From the sequence record LC554890.1: a stretch of 32,000 nt of DNA; one strand, given 5' to 3'. The notes beneath the pieces are model-generated. The model saw nothing but the letters and a program-made list of their open reading frames with translations, did no database searches and was not told where the DNA came from. A program made the translations under genes and the position numbers. How positions within the stretch are numbered: position 1 is the first letter of the stretch; every line of letters starts with the position of its first letter. Below, in pieces: positions 1 to 10,057 of this stretch. The DNA is from Ralstonia phage RP13.

Positions 1-2
1 AA

Positions 3-530
3 TTTCTTATCTCACTGTTTCTCACTAACCCAAAGACTCCTAGATTGATTAAGCATTTAATTGATCGATTTGTACCTAAAGATTCTCTGATCTTTATTCC
101 TGAGCTTACTGGAATTGAGACTGGTGAATTCTTGGCTAATAGTCTAAATGCTCTTGGTGTTCCTACTGTATATTTCTCAGGCAGTTCGGTTATTACACCA
201 ATAGGGCCAGTTGATCTTCTAACTATTGATGATCTTAAGGGCCTGGCTAGAGATAGACATTTCAAGGTACTAATTTCTAACGCAGTAGGAGTGGAAGGTA
301 TTGACATTCCCAACCTTGCTGCAGTTATGCCACTGACTGGTGCTTCTTACAAGAATATTATGCAATCAGCTGGACGATCAGCTCGAGCTGATGAGTTTGT
401 ATGTATCTTTGTATGGGATAAGCACAATAACCAACTAAATCGTCAGCAAACTGATAAATATAAGACAGTTAAGCAACGAATGGTGGTGAAGTCTAATATT
501 GGTGTAACAGTTGATCCTTATCTCATTTAA
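3..530 (+). CDS. SF2 helicase C-terminal region (5'-truncated by window edge)
   Basis: The frame is open from base 3 (FLISLFLTNPKTPRLIKHLI...), so the TTG at 45 is probably not the true start. VGVEGIDIPNLAAVMPLTGASYKNIMQSAGRSAR resembles SF2 motifs V/VI. Confidence 0.75.
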   Translation, partial: FLISLFLTNPKTPRLIKHLIDRFVPKDSLIFIPELTGIETGEFLANSLNALGVPTVYFSGSSVITPIGPVDLLTIDDLKGLARDRHFKVLISNAVGVEGIDIPNLAAVMPLTGASYKNIMQSAGRSARADEFVCIFVWDKHNNQLNRQQTDKYKTVKQRMVVKSNIGVTVDPYLI

Positions 531-575
531 CCGACGCTGTAAACGCCTGTAACCTTGTAAGTTCGGTGTTTACAG
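531..575 (+). promoter_or_regulatory. Bipartite intergenic element copy 1 (CCGACGCTGT-N12-CCTTGTAAG) with hairpin
   Basis: Starts right after the stop at 530. Box A 531-540, spacer 541-552, box B 553-561. Stem CTGTAAACGCC (537-547) pairs with GGTGTTTACAG (565-575). Confidence 0.7.
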
Positions 576-587
576 TAGGAATTTACC

Positions 588-1835
588 ATGGCAAAATATG
601 ATACCGAGTTAGTTCATATTGCCGCATTATGTAATCCATCAGTGTTTAAATACGGAGCATCAGTTATTGCTGATATTCCATGGGGTACAGATGTAGGCAA
701 GAAGTTATTTCCATCAGCTCAAGCTATTGATCATTATAGTGATGCAACATTAGCTTCAATGTTGACATCAGTACTTGTTGCTGATGAGATTGATGGATTT
801 ATTCAGTTAGTTAACGAATCACGTAAAATCACTGATCAGAAACAGATCAGGGAAATGGTTGATAGTTTATTTGCGTATTATAAGACACGCAAAGTGCATC
901 AGATTGTAACTGATAATTCATCTGATGTTGATGCTATTGTACGTGAAATTAAACTGGTACCAGAATCATTAACTGCTGGTATTGACATCCATACTATTGG
1001 CAAGTTAGATCCAGAACAGATCATTGCTGAGGAAATGGGTGATTTAGGTAATCCATTACCTACTAATTTTGATCTTATTAAAGATTCTACTCCATTTAAG
1101 GGATATCTACCAGGCCAGGTAGTTCAATGGGTAGGTGCACCAGGTCGTGGTAAATCAGCTACGATGTTATTTGAAGTTATTCTAATGGCTATTAGTGGAT
1201 TTAAGGTCCTCTGGTTAGCTATGGGTGACTTAACTAAGTACGACTTCATGAGTCGACTTACGGCAGTTATTTCAGGTCAACCTTATTATAAGGTTGCAAT
1301 GAACCTGTCAAAATACTTCACTGATGATATTCGTGAAGTAGCTAACAATATTGATTTAATTACCATTCCTGCTGGTCGTATTACTTCATCTGAGTTACTT
1401 GCATTAGTGCAGAACTCTCCTGTTGATTATGCAGTTGTTGTAGCTGATTATGACAGTAACTTCAAGATGACCAACACCAACAGTTCATATGAAGCTGGTG
1501 GTGAAGTCTATAATGATCTTACTGAAATTGCTCGTCCTGGTGGTGGACGTAAGAATCGTCTAGTATTCATTGCATCTCAACCTAAGATTCAGTATTGGGA
1601 AGAGCTAGAAATTCCTCTGGAGGGTGCTGGTGAATCCTCACGTAAGCAACATATTATTGATATGATGATTACAATGGGAACTGCTGGCGCTGATCGCCCT
1701 GCTGGTATGATGTGCTTACCTAAAGTACGTAGAGGTAAGGCTGGTGGTAAGACTCCGTACATGATGGATGATTCAGGACGAGTATTACAAATTGGTCATG
1801 AGCAATTGGCATTAATGAGGCAATATAAGGGTTAA
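588..1835 (+). CDS. DnaB-like/T4 gp41-like replicative helicase (RecA-fold ATPase)
   Basis: 415 aa. Walker A GAPGRGKSATMLFE; Walker B-like VDYAVVVADYD; LVFIASQ motif. ATG start after element copy 1. Confidence 0.7.
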   Translation: MAKYDTELVHIAALCNPSVFKYGASVIADIPWGTDVGKKLFPSAQAIDHYSDATLASMLTSVLVADEIDGFIQLVNESRKITDQKQIREMVDSLFAYYKTRKVHQIVTDNSSDVDAIVREIKLVPESLTAGIDIHTIGKLDPEQIIAEEMGDLGNPLPTNFDLIKDSTPFKGYLPGQVVQWVGAPGRGKSATMLFEVILMAISGFKVLWLAMGDLTKYDFMSRLTAVISGQPYYKVAMNLSKYFTDDIREVANNIDLITIPAGRITSSELLALVQNSPVDYAVVVADYDSNFKMTNTNSSYEAGGEVYNDLTEIARPGGGRKNRLVFIASQPKIQYWEELEIPLEGAGESSRKQHIIDMMITMGTAGADRPAGMMCLPKVRRGKAGGKTPYMMDDSGRVLQIGHEQLALMRQYKG

Positions 1836-1836
1836 T

Positions 1837-2277
1837 ATGTTCCAAGCTATAATTACCTACTTGGAGGGCAATAAGATTCCCTCCATTAATGACATGTACT
1901 TGATTGGACGATCGGGTAATAAGGCTTGGAAATACCTTAATCCTAAGGTAGCTGATTTCAAGTTACATATTAAGACGTCCATTCTAAAACAAGGCGTCGC
2001 TGAATATTTCCAGAATAAGAAGGATTTTGCTATTGAACTGGAAATACTGATTGTATTCAGTGACAATTTCTGGGTACGTGATTGCTCAAATACTATTAAG
2101 GCTATTGAGGATGCTTTAGCTGAAGTTATCAAGGTTGATGATCGATTTAATGTCAAGGTCAATGTGAGAAAGATTCTCAATGATAAGGATAAGAACGAAT
2201 ACATCATTCTTGTAGCTAAGGATATCCCCAAGGATTCTCCAATCATTCGATGGAGTACTTGTAATGTCCAGACTTAA
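1837..2277 (+). CDS. Hypothetical protein
   Basis: 146 aa ORF directly after the helicase. A minus-strand ORF over the same bases is judged spurious. Confidence 0.6.
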   Translation: MFQAIITYLEGNKIPSINDMYLIGRSGNKAWKYLNPKVADFKLHIKTSILKQGVAEYFQNKKDFAIELEILIVFSDNFWVRDCSNTIKAIEDALAEVIKVDDRFNVKVNVRKILNDKDKNEYIILVAKDIPKDSPIIRWSTCNVQT

Positions 2278-2479
2278 TAGTAGTAATATTAAGAATCATG
2301 GTATTTCACAAGATGACATTGTGACAGCTTGTAAGGTATTATCAGCAGTACCAGTTGGTGGTAGTGTTAATGTACCATTATTGAAGCTGAAGCGTGTTTC
2401 TCATAATACTTATGTAATTGATACTTGTGATGTAGAAGAGACTACCAATGCTAATGATATCTTATTTGGCTCAGATTAA
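2264..2479 (+). CDS. Hypothetical protein
   Basis: 71 aa ORF with a 14-nt overlap with the upstream gene, as is typical of the operon. Confidence 0.5.
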   Translation: MSRLNSSNIKNHGISQDDIVTACKVLSAVPVGGSVNVPLLKLKRVSHNTYVIDTCDVEETTNANDILFGSD

Positions 2480-3458
2480 GAATCTGTCTTTAGGTGAATT
2501 GTTAGCTCTTTTGAATGATAATTCGCCAAAGAATAGGCTGGTAAGATATCTTGTCACTAGTGTAGCACTTGTTCATAGATATATTGACAAATATAATAAG
2601 ACCATTTATAGTACTGATTTGATTTTAACTACAGTACTAGCGCTTGTCCAATTAAGACTATTGGACAAGCGTCCGGTTAGTATTGATATTATTAGTCAAA
2701 TGATTCAACATGAACTGAATATTGTCACGTCAGTTCAGTATCTTGAACCAGGTACTATGCCTGTGATGGATGAGGATTATGAGCCTAATCCTCTTGAGTC
2801 TCTATTAATAGAGGAAATCAAGAAGGAAATTCTTGAATGTACTCCTGAGCATCTAAAATTAGTTATGGCAGTATTCTTGTCAACTGGTGAGTTGATGATT
2901 CATGCATATTCGCCAATTGATAAGGTGTTGTTTAATACTATTCTGGAGTCCAATGGATACGTTATGGATTCAATAACTAATTTAAACGTATTGGACAAAT
3001 TAGAATCATTTACTGATAAGGTATTATTTCTGTATCTTCTCAATAAGACTGAGCCTGAATTGTTCATCCTATTAACCTCAGTTAGAAATGTAAATACTAT
3101 TGTATTACTTAGTGAGCTGAAATCATTCAAGTTGCCATCAGTAGCCAAGATTGTAGAAATATTTGATGGACTTATTTCTACAGTTAAGAGTACTACTTCT
3201 GAGATTGCTTTAACTACATCAGAAGCTAAGTTATTCGAGAGGTTAGCCAAAGATATCAATTTGGATATTGAACAGCTTACTATGGCTAAAGTGTTCAGTG
3301 ATAGTGTTGATAGATTATATAATGATTTTGAAGAAGTGTTGGATATTGCTCTAAATAGAGCCAAAAATACTGGACTACTTCAACCTCTCAATGCTGTCCT
3401 TAATACTGAAATCCACAAGCAAAATAGTATCATTCGTCATCTATCTAAGAATAAGTAG
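2448..3458 (+). CDS. Hypothetical protein, predicted helical
   Basis: 336 aa ORF. Start uncertain (2448, 2454 or TTG further downstream). No recognised motif. Confidence 0.65.
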   Translation: MLMISYLAQIKNLSLGELLALLNDNSPKNRLVRYLVTSVALVHRYIDKYNKTIYSTDLILTTVLALVQLRLLDKRPVSIDIISQMIQHELNIVTSVQYLEPGTMPVMDEDYEPNPLESLLIEEIKKEILECTPEHLKLVMAVFLSTGELMIHAYSPIDKVLFNTILESNGYVMDSITNLNVLDKLESFTDKVLFLYLLNKTEPELFILLTSVRNVNTIVLLSELKSFKLPSVAKIVEIFDGLISTVKSTTSEIALTTSEAKLFERLAKDINLDIEQLTMAKVFSDSVDRLYNDFEEVLDIALNRAKNTGLLQPLNAVLNTEIHKQNSIIRHLSKNK

Positions 3459-3460
3459 AA

Positions 3461-3506
3461 CGACGTTATCAACGCCTGAGACCTTGTGAGAACAGTGTCT
3501 CAGGCG
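3461..3506 (+). promoter_or_regulatory. Bipartite intergenic element copy 2 (CGACGTTAT-N12-CCTTGTGAG) with 10-bp hairpin
   Basis: Box A 3461-3469, spacer 3470-3481, box B 3482-3490. Stem CGCCTGAGAC (3473-3482) pairs with GTCTCAGGCG (3497-3506). Confidence 0.75.
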
Positions 3507-3516
3507 GAGAATTCTA

Positions 3517-4158
3517 ATGTCAACTATATTCAAAGACCCTATTCTATTTGTTGGTGCTCATGCAGATGATATTGAAATCAATGCAGGTGCCACTATCTCT
3601 AAGCTAGTGAATGAAGGTCATAATGTGCGAATTGCAGTTATGACTCATCAAAATAATACAACTCGACGTAAAGAGTTGTCTGAATCACTACGCGTCCTAG
3701 ATATTCCAGAAGATCGTCTACATCATTTTGCATTCATCGATACTGAATTGTATAGTTGGGTAAGTGATATGATTAAAGTGCTTGATCAAATCATTAATCA
3801 GCACAAGATCAAGACGATTTTTACTCATTTCCATGCTGATACTCATCAGGATCACGCGGCAGTCTCCCAGGCATCTGTAGCTGCTGGTCGAAATGTGGAT
3901 AATATCATCTTTTACAAGCCCACATATCCCTCAGGTCGTACTGATATTCCATTTAATTCTAATCTGGTCATTGATCTTGACGAGAAATATGTGGATACCA
4001 AAGTAGAAGCTCTGGCTCAGCATAAGAGTCAAATCATTAAATATGGTGATGAATCATATTTAAAAGCTATTAAAGATATTTGTCATTCTGATAGTTGGGT
4101 ATATGGTGGCAAATTAGGATTTGCTGAAATATTTCAGATTAGCAGGATGAAGCTATGA
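3517..4158 (+). CDS. PIG-L/LmbE-family (GlcNAc-) deacetylase
   Basis: FVGAHADDIEINAGATISKL matches the AHPDDE-type zinc motif; THFHADTHQDHAAVSQA matches the HxxDH motif of PIG-L enzymes. Confidence 0.9.
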   Translation: MSTIFKDPILFVGAHADDIEINAGATISKLVNEGHNVRIAVMTHQNNTTRRKELSESLRVLDIPEDRLHHFAFIDTELYSWVSDMIKVLDQIINQHKIKTIFTHFHADTHQDHAAVSQASVAAGRNVDNIIFYKPTYPSGRTDIPFNSNLVIDLDEKYVDTKVEALAQHKSQIIKYGDESYLKAIKDICHSDSWVYGGKLGFAEIFQISRMKL

Positions 4159-4430
4159 ACAGTTTAGTTAATATTCAGTCTGATGCTGTAATGCTCAGAA
4201 AGATAAATACTAATGAGTGTTACATAGCTCGTAATAAACAGGAATTAGTAGCTAGCATTCCTGGAGTAGATTTGAATTATAATGAGAAATGTGTAATCAT
4301 TGATAATATCAAAGATACTATCACATATTCTGATGAATTCTCTCATCAAGATTTTATAAACGATGCTACTCGTAGAGCTATTACACTTCTATGTAGAAGC
4401 GGTTGGGAATTATATTATAGGGCAGCATAA
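4155..4430 (+). CDS. Hypothetical protein
   Basis: 91 aa ORF with a 4-nt overlap upstream. Confidence 0.55.
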   Translation: MNSLVNIQSDAVMLRKINTNECYIARNKQELVASIPGVDLNYNEKCVIIDNIKDTITYSDEFSHQDFINDATRRAITLLCRSGWELYYRAA

Positions 4431-5152
4431 TGCATCGTGATCCATTAATTGTATCTGCACATCAACCCACATTCCTGCCATATGTTGGAATCTGGCGTCG
4501 ATTCTATCAAAGTGATGTATTTGATCTGTGTCCATTCGACCAATTTGTGTCTGGTGGGGATTATTATGTACATCGAGTAAAGGTTGGTACTGATGATAAC
4601 TGTGATTGGTTATCAGTACCTCTAGATAAAAGTCATAATAAGTACAACGGTCGTGGAATCCCTATTGATAAGGTCATGTTGTCCCAGGATTCTGCAGCAT
4701 GGGATAAGTTCCATGCTCAGATCAAACAAGTGTATGGCAAGTATCCTCTTTACGATACTGTATTGCCTCACCTCGATTTCAGCATTAGGACTAACTTGTC
4801 TGATTTCAACATCAGGCTCTTTAAGTCTATCCGGGATTATCTTGACCTATCCACTCCGATTGGTGTAAGCTCTGTACCTAAAGGTGACGATACTAACGAA
4901 CGTGTTCTCTACACTATCAAGCAGTATCGTCCTGATATTTATATTTCAGGCAATATTGGTCGTAAGTATATTAACAAGGATAAGTGGGAAGAACAAGGTA
5001 TTGGTGTATTTTACCTTGACGAATTCTTCTATGACAATAGCTTAATTGAGAATATGAAAACTGTTTCTATTCTCAGTATTTTGTTCACTTATCCTATTGA
5101 TGTTATCAAGACAAAGATTCTTGATGATATTAACGATCCAGAGGAAGAATAA
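4430..5152 (+). CDS. WbqC-like family protein
   Basis: N-terminus IVSAHQPTFLPYVGIWRRFYQSDVFDLCPFDQFVSGGDYYVHRVKV...WLSVPL fits the WbqC family (xxxHQPxYLPxxG). Confidence 0.85.
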   Translation: MHRDPLIVSAHQPTFLPYVGIWRRFYQSDVFDLCPFDQFVSGGDYYVHRVKVGTDDNCDWLSVPLDKSHNKYNGRGIPIDKVMLSQDSAAWDKFHAQIKQVYGKYPLYDTVLPHLDFSIRTNLSDFNIRLFKSIRDYLDLSTPIGVSSVPKGDDTNERVLYTIKQYRPDIYISGNIGRKYINKDKWEEQGIGVFYLDEFFYDNSLIENMKTVSILSILFTYPIDVIKTKILDDINDPEEE

Positions 5153-5637
5153 TGTCTAATGCTACTAGTTCCATGAAGGATGAAGTCCAGAAGACTTCTA
5201 CTGATGTTCTGATGTGTGATGATTGTGGTGCTAAGTGCTGTCATCATCCTAAGGATCGATTTAATACTCTTGAATATCCTAACGCTATTATGCTTGTGCC
5301 AGCTGAGCATCAGGGTAAGAAGTGTGTGGATCTGGATGATAATAATCGATGCAAGCGTTATGACACTCGTTATCTTGAGTGTCGTACATATCCATACATG
5401 ATTGATCGTGAAGGCGTTATGTATGTTGCGACGTCCTGCCCAAGCTATAAGCGAGTAGTAGAGCTACTTCAGCAAGGTGATCAATCTACCATTGATTATC
5501 TGCTTGTGAAGTATAATATTCTGATCAATATGCCTGATCATGCACGTGAACTGCATGATAACCGTGTTAAGAATTATATTTCTACTGTTCGTCTCAATCT
5601 GAGTTCGTTCGAATCTGCAGTAAAGGTGAGTTATTAA
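5152..5637 (+). CDS. YkgJ-like Cys-cluster (zinc/iron-chelating) protein
   Basis: CDDCGAKCCHHP...C(V)DLDDNNRCKRYDTRYLECRTYPY: CxxCxxxCC followed by C...C...CRxYP. Confidence 0.7.
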   Translation: MSNATSSMKDEVQKTSTDVLMCDDCGAKCCHHPKDRFNTLEYPNAIMLVPAEHQGKKCVDLDDNNRCKRYDTRYLECRTYPYMIDREGVMYVATSCPSYKRVVELLQQGDQSTIDYLLVKYNILINMPDHARELHDNRVKNYISTVRLNLSSFESAVKVSY

Positions 5638-5638
5638 T

Positions 5639-6535
5639 ATGATTGAAACCATTGGTAATAATATTGCCGTGGTTGATTTGGACTATTCTCTATTTCCGAA
5701 GCATGATCTGAAATCTATTTCAGATTCTTCACTGGAGGATAGCCCTTATCATAAGAGAGTTGCACTTAAGGTCAATGATACTATTGTACCTGCAATTATC
5801 TCCACTGGTAAGCGTGACACATATTATCTTCACGGACTTGGTGGCTTTCTTGATACTCTGACACCTATTATCAAAGGTGGTACTAGATGGAGTAGTGATC
5901 TTCTGGATATGAAACTTGATATTCTGAATGATCCTAAAATCAAGAAGTGTGATCTTTATGCTGATCATTTAGCATTTTCCAAATTCAGTGATTATGCCTA
6001 TACCAATTGGCTAGATCTTCTAGATTACAAAGATTTTGATGATTATCTTCTGAAGGTATTTCCTAATAGTAAGAAGAGAAAGAATCATGCTATTAATATT
6101 ATGGAAGACACTCATTCTATTGTTGGTAAGATAGAAAGAGATAGTGATATTGCTACCACTATTGGGGATGCTATTCGGCATTATAAAGAATATACCTTTG
6201 ATAGTAACTGGAATAATGTTATTTATCTTGGGAATCTGCACAAGTATCTTAAACACTATTCCAAGATTGGTGAAGCATACAAGATTACATCTCACTTAAA
6301 GAGCGGATGGGCTCATGGTCATGCTACACTTGTATTTGTCAAACGGTATGATGGAGTACTTCAGATTCCACTGATGTTTGGTAATGTGGATTGTATGAAG
6401 GCAACTATTCTCAAGCATATTCAGTGGATGTATGAGAATAAGGTTATTCAATCTGATTTCATGTGTGGTGGTGATGAGATCAAGCGACGTTATGGTTATT
6501 CTGAGCGTCAAATGTTCCATGTATCCAAAGGATAA
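5639..6535 (+). CDS. Hypothetical protein
   Basis: 298 aa ORF collinear with neighbours; no recognised family. Confidence 0.65.
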   Translation: MIETIGNNIAVVDLDYSLFPKHDLKSISDSSLEDSPYHKRVALKVNDTIVPAIISTGKRDTYYLHGLGGFLDTLTPIIKGGTRWSSDLLDMKLDILNDPKIKKCDLYADHLAFSKFSDYAYTNWLDLLDYKDFDDYLLKVFPNSKKRKNHAINIMEDTHSIVGKIERDSDIATTIGDAIRHYKEYTFDSNWNNVIYLGNLHKYLKHYSKIGEAYKITSHLKSGWAHGHATLVFVKRYDGVLQIPLMFGNVDCMKATILKHIQWMYENKVIQSDFMCGGDEIKRRYGYSERQMFHVSKG

Positions 6536-6537
6536 TC

Positions 6538-6894
6538 ATGAGCCAAAATATGCAAGAAGTAGTGCAGAAAGAATTCGAACTGCATTGTCTATTTAGGAAA
6601 GATCTACCTGAGAATCCATTTGCTAAATTCACTGGCAATAATGAATATAATGGCAAATACATTAACGAACATATGAGTGGTATGTTCGAAGGATTTAAGA
6701 TGGGTATTGCCTGTATTAGAGGACAGGAAGCTCGTCTTCACCCAGAACGTAATATTGGTCCAGGTCTTATCACTAAATTCATTGAAGAATGTGAGAAAGC
6801 TGGTATGCCAGTTACTGTAGGTATCGGTGATAGAGAAGAACTTGGTAAGATTATCAAGGCAGCTCTTGATGCAGCATCATTCTTTCCGGCATAA
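6538..6894 (+). CDS. Hypothetical protein
   Basis: 118 aa ORF, ATG 2 nt after the previous stop. Confidence 0.6.
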   Translation: MSQNMQEVVQKEFELHCLFRKDLPENPFAKFTGNNEYNGKYINEHMSGMFEGFKMGIACIRGQEARLHPERNIGPGLITKFIEECEKAGMPVTVGIGDREELGKIIKAALDAASFFPA

Positions 6895-6899
6895 TAACA

Positions 6900-8012
6900 A
6901 TGAATATTCTAATTACATCTAATACTTATTATACTTTCAATCTCAGCAATTATCGTGGAGGATTGGAGTCAATTGTAGGTGAGACGTTCAAATACTTGGC
7001 ATCAGTAAAGGACCGTACTGGTATTACCCCTTATCTGATGTGTCCTAAGGATTCAGTTATCCCAGCAGAGTACGAACATCTTGTATTCCGACTGTCAATG
7101 GATGCAGTAGAGAAGATTAAGATTGATAATCCAGAAAAGAAGCGTATTATCGTTCGTGTCTCTGATGAAGATCAAGCACGTCTGCGTCAGTTTATTACTG
7201 ATAAAGATATTACCGGCATCTTCGATAATAGCACCAAACCTGCTGTTACTAAATTCCTAGCTACACTTGGCATTCCTATGCTGCATTTGAAGCATAATGT
7301 TTGCTATGGATTTGAATATCATACTTATATGGCAATTGATGCCATTAAGAAAGATCATTCGAATGTGAAGGTGGCTGCAGTGTCTGAGTATGTGAAGAAC
7401 GGCATTAATCGATCCATTGAAGGATTTGTTGATTATGTGATTCATCCGTATATTATCAAGCCAGTTGAATCAATTCGTGGTACTGAGAGCCTACGGGACG
7501 TTCTGGTAAGCCGTATTCAGCGAGACTATCGTGTAAATGATATTGTTAAGTTGTATGGTGAGACTGGCAAACAACTGGATATTATTGGTGATCATCATCT
7601 TCTAGGTGATCCATACTTTGATGAATTCCAAGCACTTGTCGATAAGTATCCATCAGTGACTTATCTTGGTCCAATGAATCATGCTGATTTGCTGAATATG
7701 CTTCCTGGCTATCGTGCTTATGCATCTCTTGGTGTACAAGATGCATTTAGTATGGCAGTATTTGAGGCACAAGCACAGGGTCTGCCACTGTTGAGTATTC
7801 AGAGTGAAGTTCTTGGATATGATGAATATGTGGTATGGGGACCTAATGGCACAGGTATTAAGATGGATTATAGTGTATTTAAGGATCACACTAAATTCAT
7901 ACAAGCATGGGATCAAGTTAATCTAGTTGATCGTCAGAATGTGCTTGATAATATCAACGAGCATCATTATATTCAAGCTTACACTGATTCTATCTTTAGC
8001 TTGCTAATCTGA
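6900..8012 (+). CDS. GT-B (GT4-like) glycosyltransferase
   Basis: C-terminal half reads VTYLGPMNHADLLNMLPGYRAYASLGVQDAFSMAVFEAQAQGLPLLSIQSEVLGYDEYV, typical of the GT4 E-x7-E nucleotide-sugar region. Confidence 0.75.
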   Translation: MNILITSNTYYTFNLSNYRGGLESIVGETFKYLASVKDRTGITPYLMCPKDSVIPAEYEHLVFRLSMDAVEKIKIDNPEKKRIIVRVSDEDQARLRQFITDKDITGIFDNSTKPAVTKFLATLGIPMLHLKHNVCYGFEYHTYMAIDAIKKDHSNVKVAAVSEYVKNGINRSIEGFVDYVIHPYIIKPVESIRGTESLRDVLVSRIQRDYRVNDIVKLYGETGKQLDIIGDHHLLGDPYFDEFQALVDKYPSVTYLGPMNHADLLNMLPGYRAYASLGVQDAFSMAVFEAQAQGLPLLSIQSEVLGYDEYVVWGPNGTGIKMDYSVFKDHTKFIQAWDQVNLVDRQNVLDNINEHHYIQAYTDSIFSLLI

Positions 8013-8323
8013 TGAAATCATCTAGTACTATTCTTAGTAAAGTACAATGGCATCATGAGTTGCGATGGATGGGAATAGGTCCTTCACAATCTGTGGCTGA
8101 TAAAGCTATTAAGCAGATTGTGAAGAGTATGTGGGATTCTGGAGAGCTTCCGGAGAAATTACGTGATGGCGTGTGGATTGCTGGATATGAAGTGACTAAA
8201 TCATTTGCGTATGTATCAGCCACACCTATTACTGTAGGCCCACTACCACCTAGTCACTATCGTGACAGATATGCTAAAATCACAATTGATAATGGAGTAA
8301 ATCATGTCTCAGGATTCTTCTAA
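8012..8323 (+). CDS. Hypothetical protein
   Basis: 103 aa ORF with a 1-nt stop/start overlap. Confidence 0.55.
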   Translation: MKSSSTILSKVQWHHELRWMGIGPSQSVADKAIKQIVKSMWDSGELPEKLRDGVWIAGYEVTKSFAYVSATPITVGPLPPSHYRDRYAKITIDNGVNHVSGFF

Positions 8324-8747
8324 GAAAATTGATTATGTGGTTGCTGGTGCATTATATGATTTCGCTGCTAGATTGACCACACTGGACCAATCAATCACTG
8401 TGGGCGCCAAGCATAATGCATCTCCGATGGCTGAATTGGTCAATAAATTCATCAATGAGCGAGGTGTGGATCAATCTGAAGCTATGGTCCAAGATTGGAC
8501 TGAATGTCTTACTGCTGGTCCTGATCAATCTAAGACTGCCATGGCATTCCAGATGATCAAGCAAGCCATTAATAATGATTATGGTTATGCGTGGAGTTGG
8601 CATTGCAATATTGCCATGTCAATGAAAGACACTTTTAGTGGATTCCCAATTGATAAGGAATTGCTACATCGTCTATGTAATGAAGCAGCAGCTAGATTCA
8701 TGAAGTTGTGTTTTGACGTGGATACTAGCAAAGAACCTGGTCAGTAA
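8304..8747 (+). CDS. Conserved-looking phage hypothetical protein
   Basis: 147 aa; GALYDFAARLTT...ASPMAELVNKF...YAWSWHCNIAMSM resembles a widespread uncharacterised phage protein pattern (recalled, not searched). Confidence 0.6.
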   Translation: MSQDSSKKIDYVVAGALYDFAARLTTLDQSITVGAKHNASPMAELVNKFINERGVDQSEAMVQDWTECLTAGPDQSKTAMAFQMIKQAINNDYGYAWSWHCNIAMSMKDTFSGFPIDKELLHRLCNEAAARFMKLCFDVDTSKEPGQ

Positions 8748-8750
8748 TAT

Positions 8751-8784
8751 TAGAGCACTTTGGTCTTATGATTAAAGTGCTCTA
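8751..8784 (+). promoter_or_regulatory. Intergenic 11-bp hairpin with CTTAT-type loop
   Basis: TAGAGCACTTT (8751-8761), loop GGTCTTATGATT, AAAGTGCTCTA (8774-8784). No U-tract. Confidence 0.6.
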
Positions 8785-8800
8785 GACATATGAGGGAATT

Positions 8801-9112
8801 ATGAAAACTTATATTGCAGATGGAATTACAAAATCCAGTCGTTATGTGCAAGTGTATGAGAACCAATTTGGTGTATTACCATATGGTGTAAGATTGGCAA
8901 ATGTAGTTGATGGTTATTTAATGGTAGTTGATGAAGAATCAAGCACTTATGATAGTTACATTCGTAAGTATGGGCAATGGGAATTATATTCTGTAGGTAA
9001 ACAATTCCGTCTACAAGACCTTGCCGTAGAAGTAGGAGCAGGCTATTTAATGGAAACTACTCTTGCTGAAGATATCATTAAACCAACGCTATCAGCACCT
9101 CAAACCTTGTAA
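8801..9112 (+). CDS. Hypothetical protein
   Basis: 103 aa ORF after the hairpin; its stop codon lies inside element copy 3. Confidence 0.6.
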   Translation: MKTYIADGITKSSRYVQVYENQFGVLPYGVRLANVVDGYLMVVDEESSTYDSYIRKYGQWELYSVGKQFRLQDLAVEVGAGYLMETTLAEDIIKPTLSAPQTL

Positions 9113-9116
9113 GGTG
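9083..9116 (+). promoter_or_regulatory. Bipartite element copy 3 (CCAACGCTAT-N12-CCTTGTAAG), overlapping a stop codon
   Basis: Box A ends at 9092, spacer 9093-9104, box B 9105-9113. Small stem CACCT (9096-9100) pairs with AGGTG (9112-9116). Confidence 0.65.
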
Positions 9117-9157
9117 GATGGGTAGGTTAACTATCACAACTACTAAATGGAGTAATT

Positions 9158-10057
9158 ATGAAGAAGATTCAATTCTCAGTATGGCCAGCAGTAAAATTTA
9201 ATGGTCCTCTACCTGATGTTCTGATGAGTGTCCGTGATAAGCTTTCATTGAAGGTATTGCAGGATGCTGGATTTGAGACTGTTATTCGTACTGATATTGA
9301 TGAGAGTGATCCTATCCTTGCTATGATGCTGCCACATGCAGCACCTAACGTACGATGGTTCACTAAGATCAGTGATTATGTTCGTCTCAAGTACATTAAG
9401 GAATATCTTGATGCTGGGTACGATGAAATTCTGTATACTGATCTTGATATGGTAATCACTGAAGCACCTAAGAGCTTTGGTGTAGCATATGAAATGCACC
9501 TCCAGACTACTTCAGGTGATGGCACTGGTCCTATCACTAAGTTCTGGAGCAAGGGTGTTAATTGTACATATTACATTAATCAATCACATCGTCCTCAATT
9601 CGAGGAACATCTGAAGAATGTGACTGCTGACATTATTGCAGCAGGAGGTAATCCTAAGTTCTGTTATCCAGCCAATTCTATGTGGATGATGGAGGAAGGT
9701 ATTGGCCATATTCAGAACTGGTTCCACTTTGGATCATTTAAGGAACCTGATTTCTGTACTGTTGATAATATTATTCAATGTCTGACCTTGTACACTGCTA
9801 TGTATGGCAAGATCGGTGATGTTATTCCACAGATTAAAGCTGTTAATGCAATGGGTACTCGTGATCTTGCTGGATTAACTGAAGAAGTTGATAAGGTCTT
9901 TGCTATTAATAAGACTATCGAAGGATTAACTGTCTCAGAAGAGATGGTACGTGCAGTTGTAGCTCGATTTGAACCTAATGTTCGTATTCGCCCTAACTAC
10001 AATAGCCAAGATAGTCGCAAAATTATTTGGAATCTCATTCAGAAATATAAGGCATAA
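9158..10057 (+). CDS. GT-A fold glycosyltransferase-like protein (DxD)
   Basis: DYVRLKYIKEYLDAGYDEILYTDLDMVITEAPKSF: YxDxD nucleotide-sugar/metal motif after the typical helix. Confidence 0.65.
   Translation: MKKIQFSVWPAVKFNGPLPDVLMSVRDKLSLKVLQDAGFETVIRTDIDESDPILAMMLPHAAPNVRWFTKISDYVRLKYIKEYLDAGYDEILYTDLDMVITEAPKSFGVAYEMHLQTTSGDGTGPITKFWSKGVNCTYYINQSHRPQFEEHLKNVTADIIAAGGNPKFCYPANSMWMMEEGIGHIQNWFHFGSFKEPDFCTVDNIIQCLTLYTAMYGKIGDVIPQIKAVNAMGTRDLAGLTEEVDKVFAINKTIEGLTVSEEMVRAVVARFEPNVRIRPNYNSQDSRKIIWNLIQKYKA

Noticed and set aside
4653-4868. Alternative-frame plus-strand ORFs inside genes (4653..4868, 5216..5401, 14603..14788, 16921..17151)
   Set aside because: Fully nested in genes with recognisable domains, with no protein-like features in translation.
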